A stretch of 64,000 nucleotides of DNA from an uncultured Verrucomicrobiota bacterium (GCA_937127435.1 CAKZLZ010000156.1:10554-74553), one strand, 5' to 3'; shown: positions 30,723-40,247, counted from the first letter of the stretch. Program-made: numbers and translations. Notes: generated by a model from the sequence alone, not told the origin.

Positions 30723-31544
30723 ATGGAATCTTCTGAGGTTGAAGTATTACAAAATGTGAAGGTACAGGAAATAGACAGTTATCAGCAGTTTATGAGCATT
30801 TATCGCCCGGCCTCCCGGTCCGCTTCTCTTTCGCCGGCGTTGCTTTACGTGCATGGGGGCGGATTTCAGAATGGCCATCCTGATGAAGCGGCTTGGGTAG
30901 GGGAGTATTTGGTCAAGGAATTCGGGATGACGGTATTTTCAACCTCGTATCGTCTGGCCACCCCCGAAAATCCGACCTTTCCTCAACCGGTGCAGGATGT
31001 CGCGGATGCCTGGCGTTGGGTGCAGGCGCATGCGGAGGATTGGGGAATTGATGCTCAGAATGTGGGCATTGGAGGGTCTTCTGCAGGGGGCATGTTATCG
31101 ACCATGGTCACCCTGACGTCACAGCTGCCGGATTTAGCGGGAGGCGGCAACATACCGGGGGCCGAAATCCGGCCGGCCTATTTGTTGGATTACTGGGGCC
31201 CGCTTGATTTTATTTCCCGCTGGTTTGATAACGGGGAATCTCCGGGTGCGGAAAGTGTGATGTTGGGATGTGCATATGAAAAGAATCCCACGCTTTATCA
31301 TTTTGCGAGTCCACTCAGCTATGTCCGGAGCGGTTTACCCCCGGCATTATTGATGTATGGCAAACAGGATCCGGTGGTGCACCCGAGGCAGGCGAAGTTG
31401 GGAGCGGCCGCCTGGCAGGCCTATGGCAACCGGGCCGAAGTTGTGATGGTGGACAATATTGGTCACGGCGTCGTCGGCGACAATTTGGATTCACGCCTGG
31501 CCCAGCTTCACCACACGGCTGCGTTCCTGAAATCCCTTGCCTAG
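30723..31544 (+). CDS. Alpha/beta hydrolase (HSL-like esterase)
   Basis: HGGG oxyanion motif, GGSSAGG nucleophile elbow, catalytic Asp (QDPVV) and His (GHG). Confidence 0.85.
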   Translation: MESSEVEVLQNVKVQEIDSYQQFMSIYRPASRSASLSPALLYVHGGGFQNGHPDEAAWVGEYLVKEFGMTVFSTSYRLATPENPTFPQPVQDVADAWRWVQAHAEDWGIDAQNVGIGGSSAGGMLSTMVTLTSQLPDLAGGGNIPGAEIRPAYLLDYWGPLDFISRWFDNGESPGAESVMLGCAYEKNPTLYHFASPLSYVRSGLPPALLMYGKQDPVVHPRQAKLGAAAWQAYGNRAEVVMVDNIGHGVVGDNLDSRLAQLHHTAAFLKSLA

Positions 31545-31732
31545 TGTACTCGCCATTGCAGAAATGCAGGGTATCGTCGACCGGATGCCGGGAAAAGAAT
31601 GGGTTAAACTTTTCCCGCCCAAACCGATAAAAGGCTTCCTATGGCAATTGGAAGACAAATGGGTTATGATGTTGAATTCATATCCCATTTCCACCCCGAT
31701 ATATTCATGACAGGGGAGGGAGCTCTATAATT

Positions 31733-32269
31733 TCAGGCAAGCAGTTTCAGGTAGGCCATGTCGATTTCCATGGCGACCGTTTGCTGAATCATATCCAGGC
31801 GCAAGAGAACCGTGGTTTTCCCTTTGATTTCAGTAACTTCCGCCTCTAAGCCCTTCATGGCCCCACCGGTTATCTGAACTTTCCGTCCGGGTTCAAAGTC
31901 CGGAAAAACTTCCAGGTTCATACCGCTTTGCAGGGCTTCGGCAATGGCCTTGAGCGGGGCGAGAAAGTGCGCTTCGTCCACCACTTCTAAAATATTGGCG
32001 ACATTGGCATTTTGTTGAAACCAGCGCCGGTCCTCTTTTTGGATCATGCCAAACACGTATCCGGTGAACATCGGAATCTGATTTACCCGCTTGCGTGCAC
32101 CGTAGTTATGAATCCGTTCGATGCAGGGGAGGAAGATTTTGGCCGGCCGGAGACGCTGGAGACTTTCCACCTTTTTTTCACATCGGGGTTTGCTGTGAAA
32201 CACGACCCATTGCCACCCTTCAGGGGCGGGATGAAGAAAATCTGGGATACTGGGGGTGGGGTCACTCAT
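31733..32269 (-). CDS. NusG paralog of the UpxY/RfaH type (NGN + KOW)
   Basis: WVVFHSKPRCEKKV, PMFTGYVF, PGRKVQITGGAMKGLEAEV; start at ATG 32269. Confidence 0.8.
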   Translation of the reverse strand: MSDPTPSIPDFLHPAPEGWQWVVFHSKPRCEKKVESLQRLRPAKIFLPCIERIHNYGARKRVNQIPMFTGYVFGMIQKEDRRWFQQNANVANILEVVDEAHFLAPLKAIAEALQSGMNLEVFPDFEPGRKVQITGGAMKGLEAEVTEIKGKTTVLLRLDMIQQTVAMEIDMAYLKLLA

Positions 32270-32434
32270 GGGGCTTGGTTTACAGAGGGACTGCATTTTT
32301 GCAAGGATAGGTAAAAGGAGAATGGGAGTCCAAATTTGTATCCCGAGACTCAGAATACACAGGGAAAGTGCGCGGTTCTCCTTTCTTGCTTTCGCTTTAC
32401 AAGTTTCCTGTTCTCATGCAGGTTAGCCGTCCAA

Positions 32435-34195
32435 ATGACACACACCACTTTTTCAACAAAACTGCGCCCGATTCGGGACTATCTTCGCCTGCGCTTGTTG
32501 CTGGGGACGGTATTGTTGACCTTGGTGGCCTCGGTTTTGGCCTTGTGGTTGCCGCGTCTGCTGGGGGATTTGGTGGATGGTTTAGTGGACGGCTCTTTTT
32601 CAAAAAGTGCACTGTTAAAGCAGGTGGGTATTTATATGGGGGTTGCGCTGATAGGAGCCTTGTTCAGCAAATGGATGCGGCAGTTGCCCATGCGCTGGGG
32701 ACCGCGGGTGGGGCATCAGTTACGCATCCGGTTACACCGTCATTTATTGCAGTTGGATGAAAACCAGATTCATGACCGGCGGGTGGGGGAATTGATGAGC
32801 CGGTTGCAGTCCGATGTGAATTCAGTGGCGGATATGTTGTCGATGGGCGGACAGAGCTTGGTGAGGGCGGTTTTCACTTTGGGAATCGGATTTACCATTA
32901 TGTTCCGCCGCTCACCTTCTTTGGCTTTGATGGTGAGTTTATTGTTGCCACTCCTGATGTTTATCGGCTTTCTGCTTATTCATTCGATTCGCTTCCGCCA
33001 TTTGAAAGTGCAGGAACAGTTGGGTCTTATCTCCAGTTTTTGCCAGGAATCTTTTGGTGGTTTAAGGATTTTGAGAGGTTTGGGATTAGGAAAGATCCGG
33101 ACCGAACGTTTTAAGATTTTAAATCAGGAGTTTATCCAACGGAATTTATCTTTAAGCCGGATTGAGGTTTTTGCGATGCCACTGATCCATGCGGGCTTCG
33201 TATTGGGGAATGTTTTGTTGTTGTGGATGGGAGGGGTACAGGTGATCCGGGGCCAAATTCAAATCGGTATGTTGGTTGAGTTTCAACAATACCTGATGAT
33301 CATGCAGTGGCCGGCCCTGTCGATTGCCTGGACCCTGAGTTTGATTTTGCGGGGGCGGGCGAGCCAGGGGCGTTTGCAGGAAATACTGGATGCGGTTCCC
33401 CAGGTTACTGAAAGCAAGACCCGGGTGACCTCAGCACCGGAGAGCTTACAAAGTATCCGTTATGAAGACGTGAGTTTGACCCTGAATGAAACCCGGGTGC
33501 TGAAAAATATTTCCTTTGAAGTGCAACCCGGACAACGATTGGGAATTACCGGTCCGACCGGATCCGGCAAAACCGTTTTAATGCAGCTGCTTTTGCGGAG
33601 ACAGGATCCGGATGTAGGACGGATTCTTTTGGGCGGATATGATTTACGGGATCTGTCCTTGGACTTGCTTTATAATCAAATTCGAATCGCGCCCCAGGAA
33701 CCGATCTTATTTTCGATGTCGCTGGAAGAAAATATAAAACTGGCGGAAGGGGACGTGTCGGATGAGAATTTAGAACGTGCACTGTATGTGTCAGCACTGG
33801 ACCGTGATCTTCCCCAGCTTGCCGAGGGATTAAAAACCCGCATCGGAGAACGCGGGGTTACCCTTTCCGGTGGACAGCGTCAACGTTGTGCCATTGCCCG
33901 GGCGTTGCTTTCGAAGCCCGAAGTGCTTTTGCTGGATGATTCCCTCTCCGCAGTTGACACTTCCACCGAGAGTTTGATTTTGGAACGGCTTTTGTCTTCG
34001 TTGGACCGGCAAACCCTCTGTCTGATTAGTCACCGCTATGCCGCATTGCGTCATTGTGATCAGGTCCTGGTCTTACGTGACGGAGAAATTATTGAGCGCG
34101 GAGCTCCGGATGATTTGCTGGAAGCCGGCGGGGCTTTTGCCGACTTGGCGGAGCGGCAACGTTTACAGGCCGCATTGGAGGTGGGGGATGAGTAA
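32435..34195 (+). CDS. ABC exporter, TMD-NBD half (MdlA-like)
   Basis: GPTGSGKT, LSGGQRQR, LLLDD, ISHR; start at ATG 32435. Confidence 0.92.
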   Translation: MTHTTFSTKLRPIRDYLRLRLLLGTVLLTLVASVLALWLPRLLGDLVDGLVDGSFSKSALLKQVGIYMGVALIGALFSKWMRQLPMRWGPRVGHQLRIRLHRHLLQLDENQIHDRRVGELMSRLQSDVNSVADMLSMGGQSLVRAVFTLGIGFTIMFRRSPSLALMVSLLLPLLMFIGFLLIHSIRFRHLKVQEQLGLISSFCQESFGGLRILRGLGLGKIRTERFKILNQEFIQRNLSLSRIEVFAMPLIHAGFVLGNVLLLWMGGVQVIRGQIQIGMLVEFQQYLMIMQWPALSIAWTLSLILRGRASQGRLQEILDAVPQVTESKTRVTSAPESLQSIRYEDVSLTLNETRVLKNISFEVQPGQRLGITGPTGSGKTVLMQLLLRRQDPDVGRILLGGYDLRDLSLDLLYNQIRIAPQEPILFSMSLEENIKLAEGDVSDENLERALYVSALDRDLPQLAEGLKTRIGERGVTLSGGQRQRCAIARALLSKPEVLLLDDSLSAVDTSTESLILERLLSSLDRQTLCLISHRYAALRHCDQVLVLRDGEIIERGAPDDLLEAGGAFADLAERQRLQAALEVGDE

Positions 34196-36032
34196 AAAAT
34201 CTACCCGGAGCGGGGGCGCCTCCGCCCCCACATCAAATGAAATCAGCGGGAACAGAGGGGGGCGGGGGCGCCCCCGCTCCGACCGTCACTACCTGAAGCG
34301 TATGCTTCATTTTGCCAAACCCTATCGCTTGGGTTTGGTTGTGGGCTTGATTCTGCTTTTGTTGCAGGTCATCAGCACCAACGTGATGCCCCTGTTAATC
34401 AAAAAGGCGATAGATGGCTATTTATCCCCGGGGGCGGCGGAACTTCCTGAAGCGGATCGGATCGCCGGACTCAAACAGTTGGCCATCTGGATGGGTGCGA
34501 TGGCGGGAGGCATGTTTGTTTTTCGAATTTCCCACGCGTACTTGATGACCTGGGTGGGACAGCATGTGCTTCGGGATTTACGCATGGAGGTTTTCCGCAA
34601 AGTGTTGTCATTGCCCATGCGGCGAATTGATCAGTTGCGGATTGGACGATTGATGACCCGGGCGACAAGTGACTTGGATGCGCTGCAGGATTTGATCCGT
34701 AACGGGTTTATAGGTTTGTTGGCCAATATGCTGTTGTTGGTGGGGGCGATGATTTTCATCTGGTTAATCGAATGGCGTTTGGCGCTGGCATTTTATTTGG
34801 TTATTCCGGTGCTGGTGGGATTGTTGACTTTCATCAATCGGCGAAGCCGAAAAGCGCAACGCGAAGCGCGGTCGGCGGTTTCCATGCTGAACAGCAGCAC
34901 CCAGGAAAGTTTAAGCGGGTTGTTTACCTTGCGGGTGTTTAATCAACGGGACCGGATGCGGGAACGTTTGGTGACGCAAAGTGATGAATTCCGTGCGGCC
35001 CGCACGCGGGTGGTTGATTGGAACACCTGGCACTTTCCCATTTTGGAAATCACCCGTGCATTTGCGGTTGGCATTTTGGTTTTGGCTTGCGGATGGTGGG
35101 CACCCGCACAGACCGGAAGTCTGGTCGCCTTTCTGTATTTTATTCGTTACTTCTTCCGGCCACTGGAGGAATTGGCTGAGCAGTCTCAACAGCTGCAAAG
35201 TGGACTGGCATCGGCAGAACGGGTGTTTGCATTGTTAGACGAAGAGGAAATCCCCCCCGATCCCGAACAGCCCCAGCGCTTGGATCACGTGGAAGGGCAA
35301 ATTGAATTTAAAGACGTGAACTTCGCGTATGAGGAGGCACATCCTGTTTTGAGGAATCTTAGTCTCAAAATTCAGCCCGGACAATTTGTGGCCGTGGTAG
35401 GTGCCACCGGGGCGGGCAAATCCACATTGCTCAGTTTACTGAACCGGTTTTATGATGTGGAGTCGGGAGAGATATTATTGGACGGTTTTAATATTCAATC
35501 TTTCACTTTAAGTGATCTGAGAAAACACTTGGGAATGGTGCAGCAGGATCCCATGCTGTTCTCCGGAACGGTGGCGGACAACATCGGCCTGGGCCGGGAA
35601 GGGGCCGATCAAGAGGCCATTGAAGCCGCCGCCTGCCGGGTGAATGCCCACCGGTTCATTGAAAAAATGGAGAAGGGGTATCAGACGGATTTGGGCGAAG
35701 GCGGGTACCGTCTTTCCACCGGACAAAAACAACTCATCGCGCTGGCACGGATTTTGTTGCAGGATCCTGAGGTGATCCTGATGTTGGATGAGGCCACCGC
35801 CTCAGTGGATTCCGAAACCGAACTCCTGATTCAGGAAGGGTTGGAGGCGGTGCGGAATGGGCGGACCTGTATTGCCATCGCCCATCGCCTGTCCACCATT
35901 CAGCATGCTGATTTAATTCTGGTGATGCGCCACGGCAAATTGGTGGAGCAGGGTACCCATCAACAGCTGTTGTTGTCGGACGGATATTACCGGAGCCTGG
36001 TGGAAGCCATGCGGATTGGGTTGAAGGTGTAG
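34188..36032 (+). CDS. ABC exporter, TMD-NBD half (MdlB-like), partner of the upstream gene
   Basis: GATGAGKS, LSTGQKQ, MLDEATA, IAHRLST; start at ATG 34188 overlapping the previous stop. Confidence 0.92.
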   Translation: MSKKSTRSGGASAPTSNEISGNRGGRGRPRSDRHYLKRMLHFAKPYRLGLVVGLILLLLQVISTNVMPLLIKKAIDGYLSPGAAELPEADRIAGLKQLAIWMGAMAGGMFVFRISHAYLMTWVGQHVLRDLRMEVFRKVLSLPMRRIDQLRIGRLMTRATSDLDALQDLIRNGFIGLLANMLLLVGAMIFIWLIEWRLALAFYLVIPVLVGLLTFINRRSRKAQREARSAVSMLNSSTQESLSGLFTLRVFNQRDRMRERLVTQSDEFRAARTRVVDWNTWHFPILEITRAFAVGILVLACGWWAPAQTGSLVAFLYFIRYFFRPLEELAEQSQQLQSGLASAERVFALLDEEEIPPDPEQPQRLDHVEGQIEFKDVNFAYEEAHPVLRNLSLKIQPGQFVAVVGATGAGKSTLLSLLNRFYDVESGEILLDGFNIQSFTLSDLRKHLGMVQQDPMLFSGTVADNIGLGREGADQEAIEAAACRVNAHRFIEKMEKGYQTDLGEGGYRLSTGQKQLIALARILLQDPEVILMLDEATASVDSETELLIQEGLEAVRNGRTCIAIAHRLSTIQHADLILVMRHGKLVEQGTHQQLLLSDGYYRSLVEAMRIGLKV

Positions 36033-36062
36033 ACCTATGGGTAAAGACCATATTGGGGCGGT

Positions 36063-36091
36063 TTGACATAAATCAGATCATTTGATATATA
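36063..36091 (+). promoter_or_regulatory. Sigma70-type promoter of the second TA operon
   Basis: TTGACA (36063-36068), 17 bp, TATATA (36086-36091); imperfect ATCA...TGAT palindrome in the spacer. Confidence 0.65.
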
Positions 36092-36098
36092 TTTATGC

Positions 36099-36341
36099 AT
36101 GAGAACGACCATAGATATGCCTGATAGCTTAATGCAAAGAGTTAAAGCTGTGAGTGTTTCCCGAAAAACCAGTTTTAGAGCGTTGGTAATTGAAGCATTG
36201 GAAAAGAGTTTGGCGCAAAGCGAAAGCTCTTTTGAATTACCTGATGCATCTGCCGGAAAAGCGAAAAAGAAACCGCAGGTGACGGCTTCGCAGGTGAATG
36301 CGGAAATTGATCAGCTCCGGGAAGGGGCTTTTCGAGGATGA
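36099..36341 (+). CDS. VapB-type antitoxin (ribbon-helix-helix)
   Basis: MRTTIDMPDSLMQRVK...SFRALVIEALEKSL; 4-bp overlap with the PIN gene. Confidence 0.85.
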   Translation: MRTTIDMPDSLMQRVKAVSVSRKTSFRALVIEALEKSLAQSESSFELPDASAGKAKKKPQVTASQVNAEIDQLREGAFRG

Positions 36342-36772
36342 ACTGTCTGGATACCAATTTACTGGTCCATGCCCATCAACGCGAATCCGCATTGCATGAA
36401 CCCGCAAAACGTTTTGTTAAAAAAGTGGCTGAAACGTCAACACCATGGACCATTTGTTATCACAGCCTTATTGAATTTTATGGGATTGTAACCAAAAAAT
36501 CTTTTTGGGAAATCGCGACAACTCCGAAACAAGCATTTGATCAAATCCATGCTTGGAAAGCTTCCCCGAGTTTAACCATATTAAACGATTCGGGGACCAC
36601 CTTTGAGATACTGGAAAAAATTGTTCTCAAAGGAAAAGTTTCAGGACCTATGGTGCATGATGCACGTATTGCGGCCTGTTGTTTATCCTATGGTGTCAGC
36701 TGTCTTTATACTGTAGACCGGGATTTCAGTCGCTTTCCCCAACTGAAAACTTTGAACCCGCTTGTTGGCTAA
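36338..36772 (+). CDS. VapC-family PIN toxin
   Basis: CLDTNLLVHAH, VHDARIAACC, TVDRDFSRFPQLKTLNPL. Confidence 0.9.
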   Translation: MNCLDTNLLVHAHQRESALHEPAKRFVKKVAETSTPWTICYHSLIEFYGIVTKKSFWEIATTPKQAFDQIHAWKASPSLTILNDSGTTFEILEKIVLKGKVSGPMVHDARIAACCLSYGVSCLYTVDRDFSRFPQLKTLNPLVG

Positions 36773-36830
36773 AGTGAAATATTTCCCTTTTGACTGGCGG
36801 GTTCAGTTGTTTTGGCATTGGATTCATTTG

Positions 36831-37211
36831 ATGAAAATAGAACATCTTGCGTTTAATGTCGAAGACCCGATTGCGGTGGCGGCCTGGTATGGAGAACAGT
36901 TTGATTTAAAAATCGTCAAACATCTGCCCGAGCCCAACCAAACACATTTTCTGTCGGATGGTCAGGGGACGATTATTGAAATTTATAACAATCCACCGGA
37001 TGAAGTTCCTGCGTATGCGTCGATGAATCCTTTAATTTTTCATTTGGCATTTGTCTCCGTGGATCCGTTGGCAGATGCAGAACGTTTGAAAGCCGCTGGC
37101 GCGATAGGGGTGACGGAAGTTCTTCCGGGGGATGGATCCCATTTGATTATGATGCGTGATCCCTGGGGCTTGTCGATTCAACTTTGCAAACGTGCCAAGG
37201 CAATGCTTTAG
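36831..37211 (+). CDS. VOC (glyoxalase/bleomycin-resistance) family protein
   Basis: MKIEHLAFNV, IIEIY, FHLAFVS, MRDPWGLSIQL; start at ATG 36831. Confidence 0.88.
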   Translation: MKIEHLAFNVEDPIAVAAWYGEQFDLKIVKHLPEPNQTHFLSDGQGTIIEIYNNPPDEVPAYASMNPLIFHLAFVSVDPLADAERLKAAGAIGVTEVLPGDGSHLIMMRDPWGLSIQLCKRAKAML

Positions 37212-37220
37212 TTGTTTGGT

Positions 37221-37259
37221 TTTAACGGTCACAATGTGACCCTGCATGAGTTTGCCCAT
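37221..37259 (+). pseudogene. Displaced internal fragment of the downstream MtfA-like peptidase gene (covers the HEFAH codons)
   Basis: 38/39 identical to 39839-39877. Confidence 0.93.
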
Positions 37260-37309
37260 TCACAACTGTGGCACTGGAGGGTTATTACCGGAGCTTGGTG
37301 GAAGCGATT
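37255..37309 (+). pseudogene. Displaced, diverged copy of the ABC exporter 3' end
   Basis: 37283-37305 is 22/23 identical to 35985-36007; reads HSQL-ALEGYYRSLVEAI (1-nt deletion) vs resident HQQLLLSDGYYRSLVEAM. Confidence 0.85.
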
Positions 37310-37468
37310 GCGATGTGTATTGTTGTGATTGTGGGTAAGGATGGGTGCGGTTTGCGATTCAGAGAGAGCCGTGCCTTCAGCACTCATCCGGTGAGTTTTG
37401 TTTGTTCCCGGCCCTTGCGGACCGGGCTGCAGAGAGGCGTCCGTACCGGACTCGGAGAGTGGGATGGT
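37304..37468 (+). repeat. Left copy of a ~165-bp direct repeat (last codons of the DUF5685 gene plus downstream DNA)
   Basis: Aligns to 38647-38813 with about 7 substitutions and one 2-nt indel. Confidence 0.93.
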
Positions 37469-37619
37469 CTTGCAAAGTACAAATTTCTGGTAAGGCTAAA
37501 GTTCTTCTAAACTGTTTTATATATTCTGCCGGGACAAGCCCAACGCTTGGGGAAAATGGGGAAAGTCCTCTCTCATTTTATCTTGGCACATTTTATATGC
37601 TCAGACATAGATCATCATC

Positions 37620-38681
37620 ATGTTTGGTTTTCTCAGTGCCCCATGTTCCGGCTGTAGTGGTCAGAATCATTCCATCTACCAGTCCCATTTCTGTGGATTG
37701 TGTAACCGCTTGCGTCAGGACTACGGCTTGCCCATGCGGTTTTTAGTGAACCGTGATGCCACTTTTCTGTCGTTGTTGGGGAATGCGTTAGGCGAGAGGC
37801 CTGCGGTTCCGGTACGCGCCACTTGTTGTAACCCTTTGGGAAAACCACGTCAGTTGGTGCAGGAGGGGGATGCTGTTTCTTATGCGGCGGCGGTAACCAT
37901 GTGCGGGCTGAGAGCAAAATTGGACGACGAAGTAACGGACCGTCGCTTTCGTCCTGCGCGTTTCGCATTCCGAGGGGTGCGTGGTATTCTGTCCCGACCT
38001 ATCTCGCGGGCGGAGATGTTCTTAAATCAGCATGGGTTTCCGGTGGATGCGGTAAGAGGAAATTTGAGTGAGCAGTCGTCGGTTGAGCAACAGGCCGTGT
38101 CGCGTCGGGATCCGGATTTGGATGCCTTGAGTTTTCCTTCTGCGTTTGCTTTCGGGAAAATTGTCGCTCATAGCAGTGAGCAGGCACGGGATGCTTTGGA
38201 ATTGATGGGCAATAGTCTGGGACGTTTAATTTATACGCTGGATGCATTTGTTGACCGCAAGCGGGATCAGAAAACCGGTCAGTTTAATCCTTTTTTATTA
38301 CAGCCGGGTTTGGTGAATATCCTTCCGGATTTCATGGAGCGGGATTTGTCGGCAATTTCTGTTCATCTGGGACGTTTACCCCTGAAGTGTCATCGGGAGA
38401 TTTTGGATCAAATTCTGGGCCGGAATTTACAACGGACCTGTATATCAATTTTAGACGGAAAAGCGCCTGCTCACCAGCGCAATGAAAGGCGGAAAAAACG
38501 GAATAAGTCACAGAATAATAATGGATGTGTTTGTTGCGACGGGTGGTATGCCTGTGACTGTTGTGATGTGATCTATTGTTGTGATTGCCCTGATTCAAAC
38601 AGCGGATGTGATGGTTGCTCCGCTTGTGATTGTGGCGATGTGTGTTGCGATTGCGATGTGTGTTGTTGTGATTGCGGGTAA
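37620..38681 (+). CDS. DUF5685-like protein with Cys/Asp-rich tail
   Basis: YQSHFCGLCNRLRQDYG...RFLVNRD..FL, GRLIYTLDAFVD...D.KTGQFNP; 20 Cys in the last ~51 aa. Confidence 0.75.
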   Translation: MFGFLSAPCSGCSGQNHSIYQSHFCGLCNRLRQDYGLPMRFLVNRDATFLSLLGNALGERPAVPVRATCCNPLGKPRQLVQEGDAVSYAAAVTMCGLRAKLDDEVTDRRFRPARFAFRGVRGILSRPISRAEMFLNQHGFPVDAVRGNLSEQSSVEQQAVSRRDPDLDALSFPSAFAFGKIVAHSSEQARDALELMGNSLGRLIYTLDAFVDRKRDQKTGQFNPFLLQPGLVNILPDFMERDLSAISVHLGRLPLKCHREILDQILGRNLQRTCISILDGKAPAHQRNERRKKRNKSQNNNGCVCCDGWYACDCCDVIYCCDCPDSNSGCDGCSACDCGDVCCDCDVCCCDCG

Positions 38682-38813
38682 GGATGGGTGTGGTTTGCGA
38701 TGCAGGGAGAGAGCCGTGCCTCCAGCACTCATCCGGTGAGTTTTGTTTGTTCCCGGCCCTTGCGGACTGGGCTACAGAGAGGCGTCCGTACCGGACTCGG
38801 AGAGTGGGATGGT
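38647..38813 (+). repeat. Right copy of the ~165-bp direct repeat; an internally deleted third copy lies at ~39000-39060
   Basis: Matches 37304-37468; 39000-39060 joins the GATGG.TGCGGTTTGCGA part to the CAGA.AGGCGTCCGTA.CGGA.TCGGAG..TGGGATGGT part. Confidence 0.9.
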
Positions 38814-39206
38814 TTTTAACCAGGTGATTTCGGGTGGAGCTGCGGCTCACCTGTTTGTGAAAACTTAGAATATGAATCCCGAAGGGATGGCTCTCCACAG
38901 GCCAGTCCGTCAGGGCTGGTAATGTTGACAGAGGAGGATGGGGAGTGCTGTAAGTACGGCTCTCATACTTGCAGGTCTCAATGGGATAGGGGAGTTGAAG
39001 ATGGTTGCGGTTTGCGAAGCACAGAAAGGCGTCCGTAGCGGAATCGGAGGATGGGATGGTTTTAGGGAGTCCCCCCCTTGCGGACGGGATACATATATGC
39101 GTTAAATTGCGTTGCGAATATGCGTGCGTTGATCCTCTGATAAAGATACTTTTTTACTTTAAACTGACTCGTTTTGTCAGATGAGATGACTTCACCCGGA
39201 GCAACT

Positions 39207-39359
39207 ATGAAAATTGAAACCCTTGCATTGAACGTATCAGATCCGGTGATGGCAGGGGCTGAAGTTTTTCCCGGTGAAATCTCGCATCTACTATGGTTGC
39301 ATGATCCCCGGGGAGTGGCGCTTCAACTTTATAAATCTTTCAGTCCCTTGGGAAAATGA
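39207..39359 (+). pseudogene. Internally deleted, diverged remnant of a VOC gene
   Basis: MKIETLALNVSDP...AEVFPGEISHLLWLHDPRGVALQLYK matches the first ~13 and last ~30 residues of the 36831-37211 protein. Confidence 0.82.
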
Positions 39360-40162
39360 CGGTTTTCATTTGTATGCTTCTTATAGGAAGTGCCGGGTAT
39401 GGCTGGTACTTTATCAAACGCAAAAAACGTCGAGAGACTTTGTTGGCATCGCCTTTTCCGGAAACGTGGGATCAAATTTTATTGAAAGGCTGGCCGGTGT
39501 ATACGACCTTACCCGACGAAGTAAAAAAACGCTTGCAGGGCTATACCCGGGTTTTTGTGGAAGAGAAAAATTTTGAGGGCTGCGGTGGATTGGAGATGAC
39601 GGAAGAAATCAAAGTGACGGTGGCCGCGCAAGCCTGCCTGTTGTTGGCGGGGCGGGAGATGAAGAAGGTCTATTCCAACCTGAAATCAGTTTTGGTTTAT
39701 CCGCATACGTTTGTAGCAGGCGGGAAAGGAATTTTTGGCGGAAAATATGATGAACCCTCCGCCCGACTGGGGGAATCCTGGCAAACCGGAACCGTGATTC
39801 TCTCCTGGCATTCGGTACAGGGCGGGGCGCAAAATATTTTTGACGGTCACAATGTGACCCTGCATGAGTTTGCCCATCAACTGGATCAGGAGGACGGGGT
39901 TGGCGACGGCGCTCCGAACCTGCACGGCAAGACCGCCCGTACCTGGGCCGGATGTTTTCAGCATGAGTTTAAGGACTTTCTGGCGCAAATAGAGAAAGGG
40001 AAACGAACCGTCATCGATGACTACGGCGCCACCAACGGGGCGGAGTTTTTTGCCACTGCAACCGAGGCTTTTTTTGAAAAACCCAAACAGCTCCAGGAAA
40101 AAAGACCGGAGCTGTATCATGAACTGAAAACGTATTATCAGATGGACCCGAACGGGTGGTAA
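39356..40162 (+). CDS. MtfA/M90-family zinc-dependent peptidase
   Basis: IAAQAC-like VAAQACLLL, GESWQTG.VILSW, HNVTLHEFAHQLD, IDDYGATN.AEFFA.ATEAFFE. Confidence 0.88.
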   Translation: MTVFICMLLIGSAGYGWYFIKRKKRRETLLASPFPETWDQILLKGWPVYTTLPDEVKKRLQGYTRVFVEEKNFEGCGGLEMTEEIKVTVAAQACLLLAGREMKKVYSNLKSVLVYPHTFVAGGKGIFGGKYDEPSARLGESWQTGTVILSWHSVQGGAQNIFDGHNVTLHEFAHQLDQEDGVGDGAPNLHGKTARTWAGCFQHEFKDFLAQIEKGKRTVIDDYGATNGAEFFATATEAFFEKPKQLQEKRPELYHELKTYYQMDPNGW

Positions 40163-40247
40163 AGGGATTGGCTCCCTCCTCCTTTCATGGGTGAGTTCAT
40201 AGATCTGTACTTGCCTTTTGGGGATGAGGCTTCAAAGGGTTGGCGTT

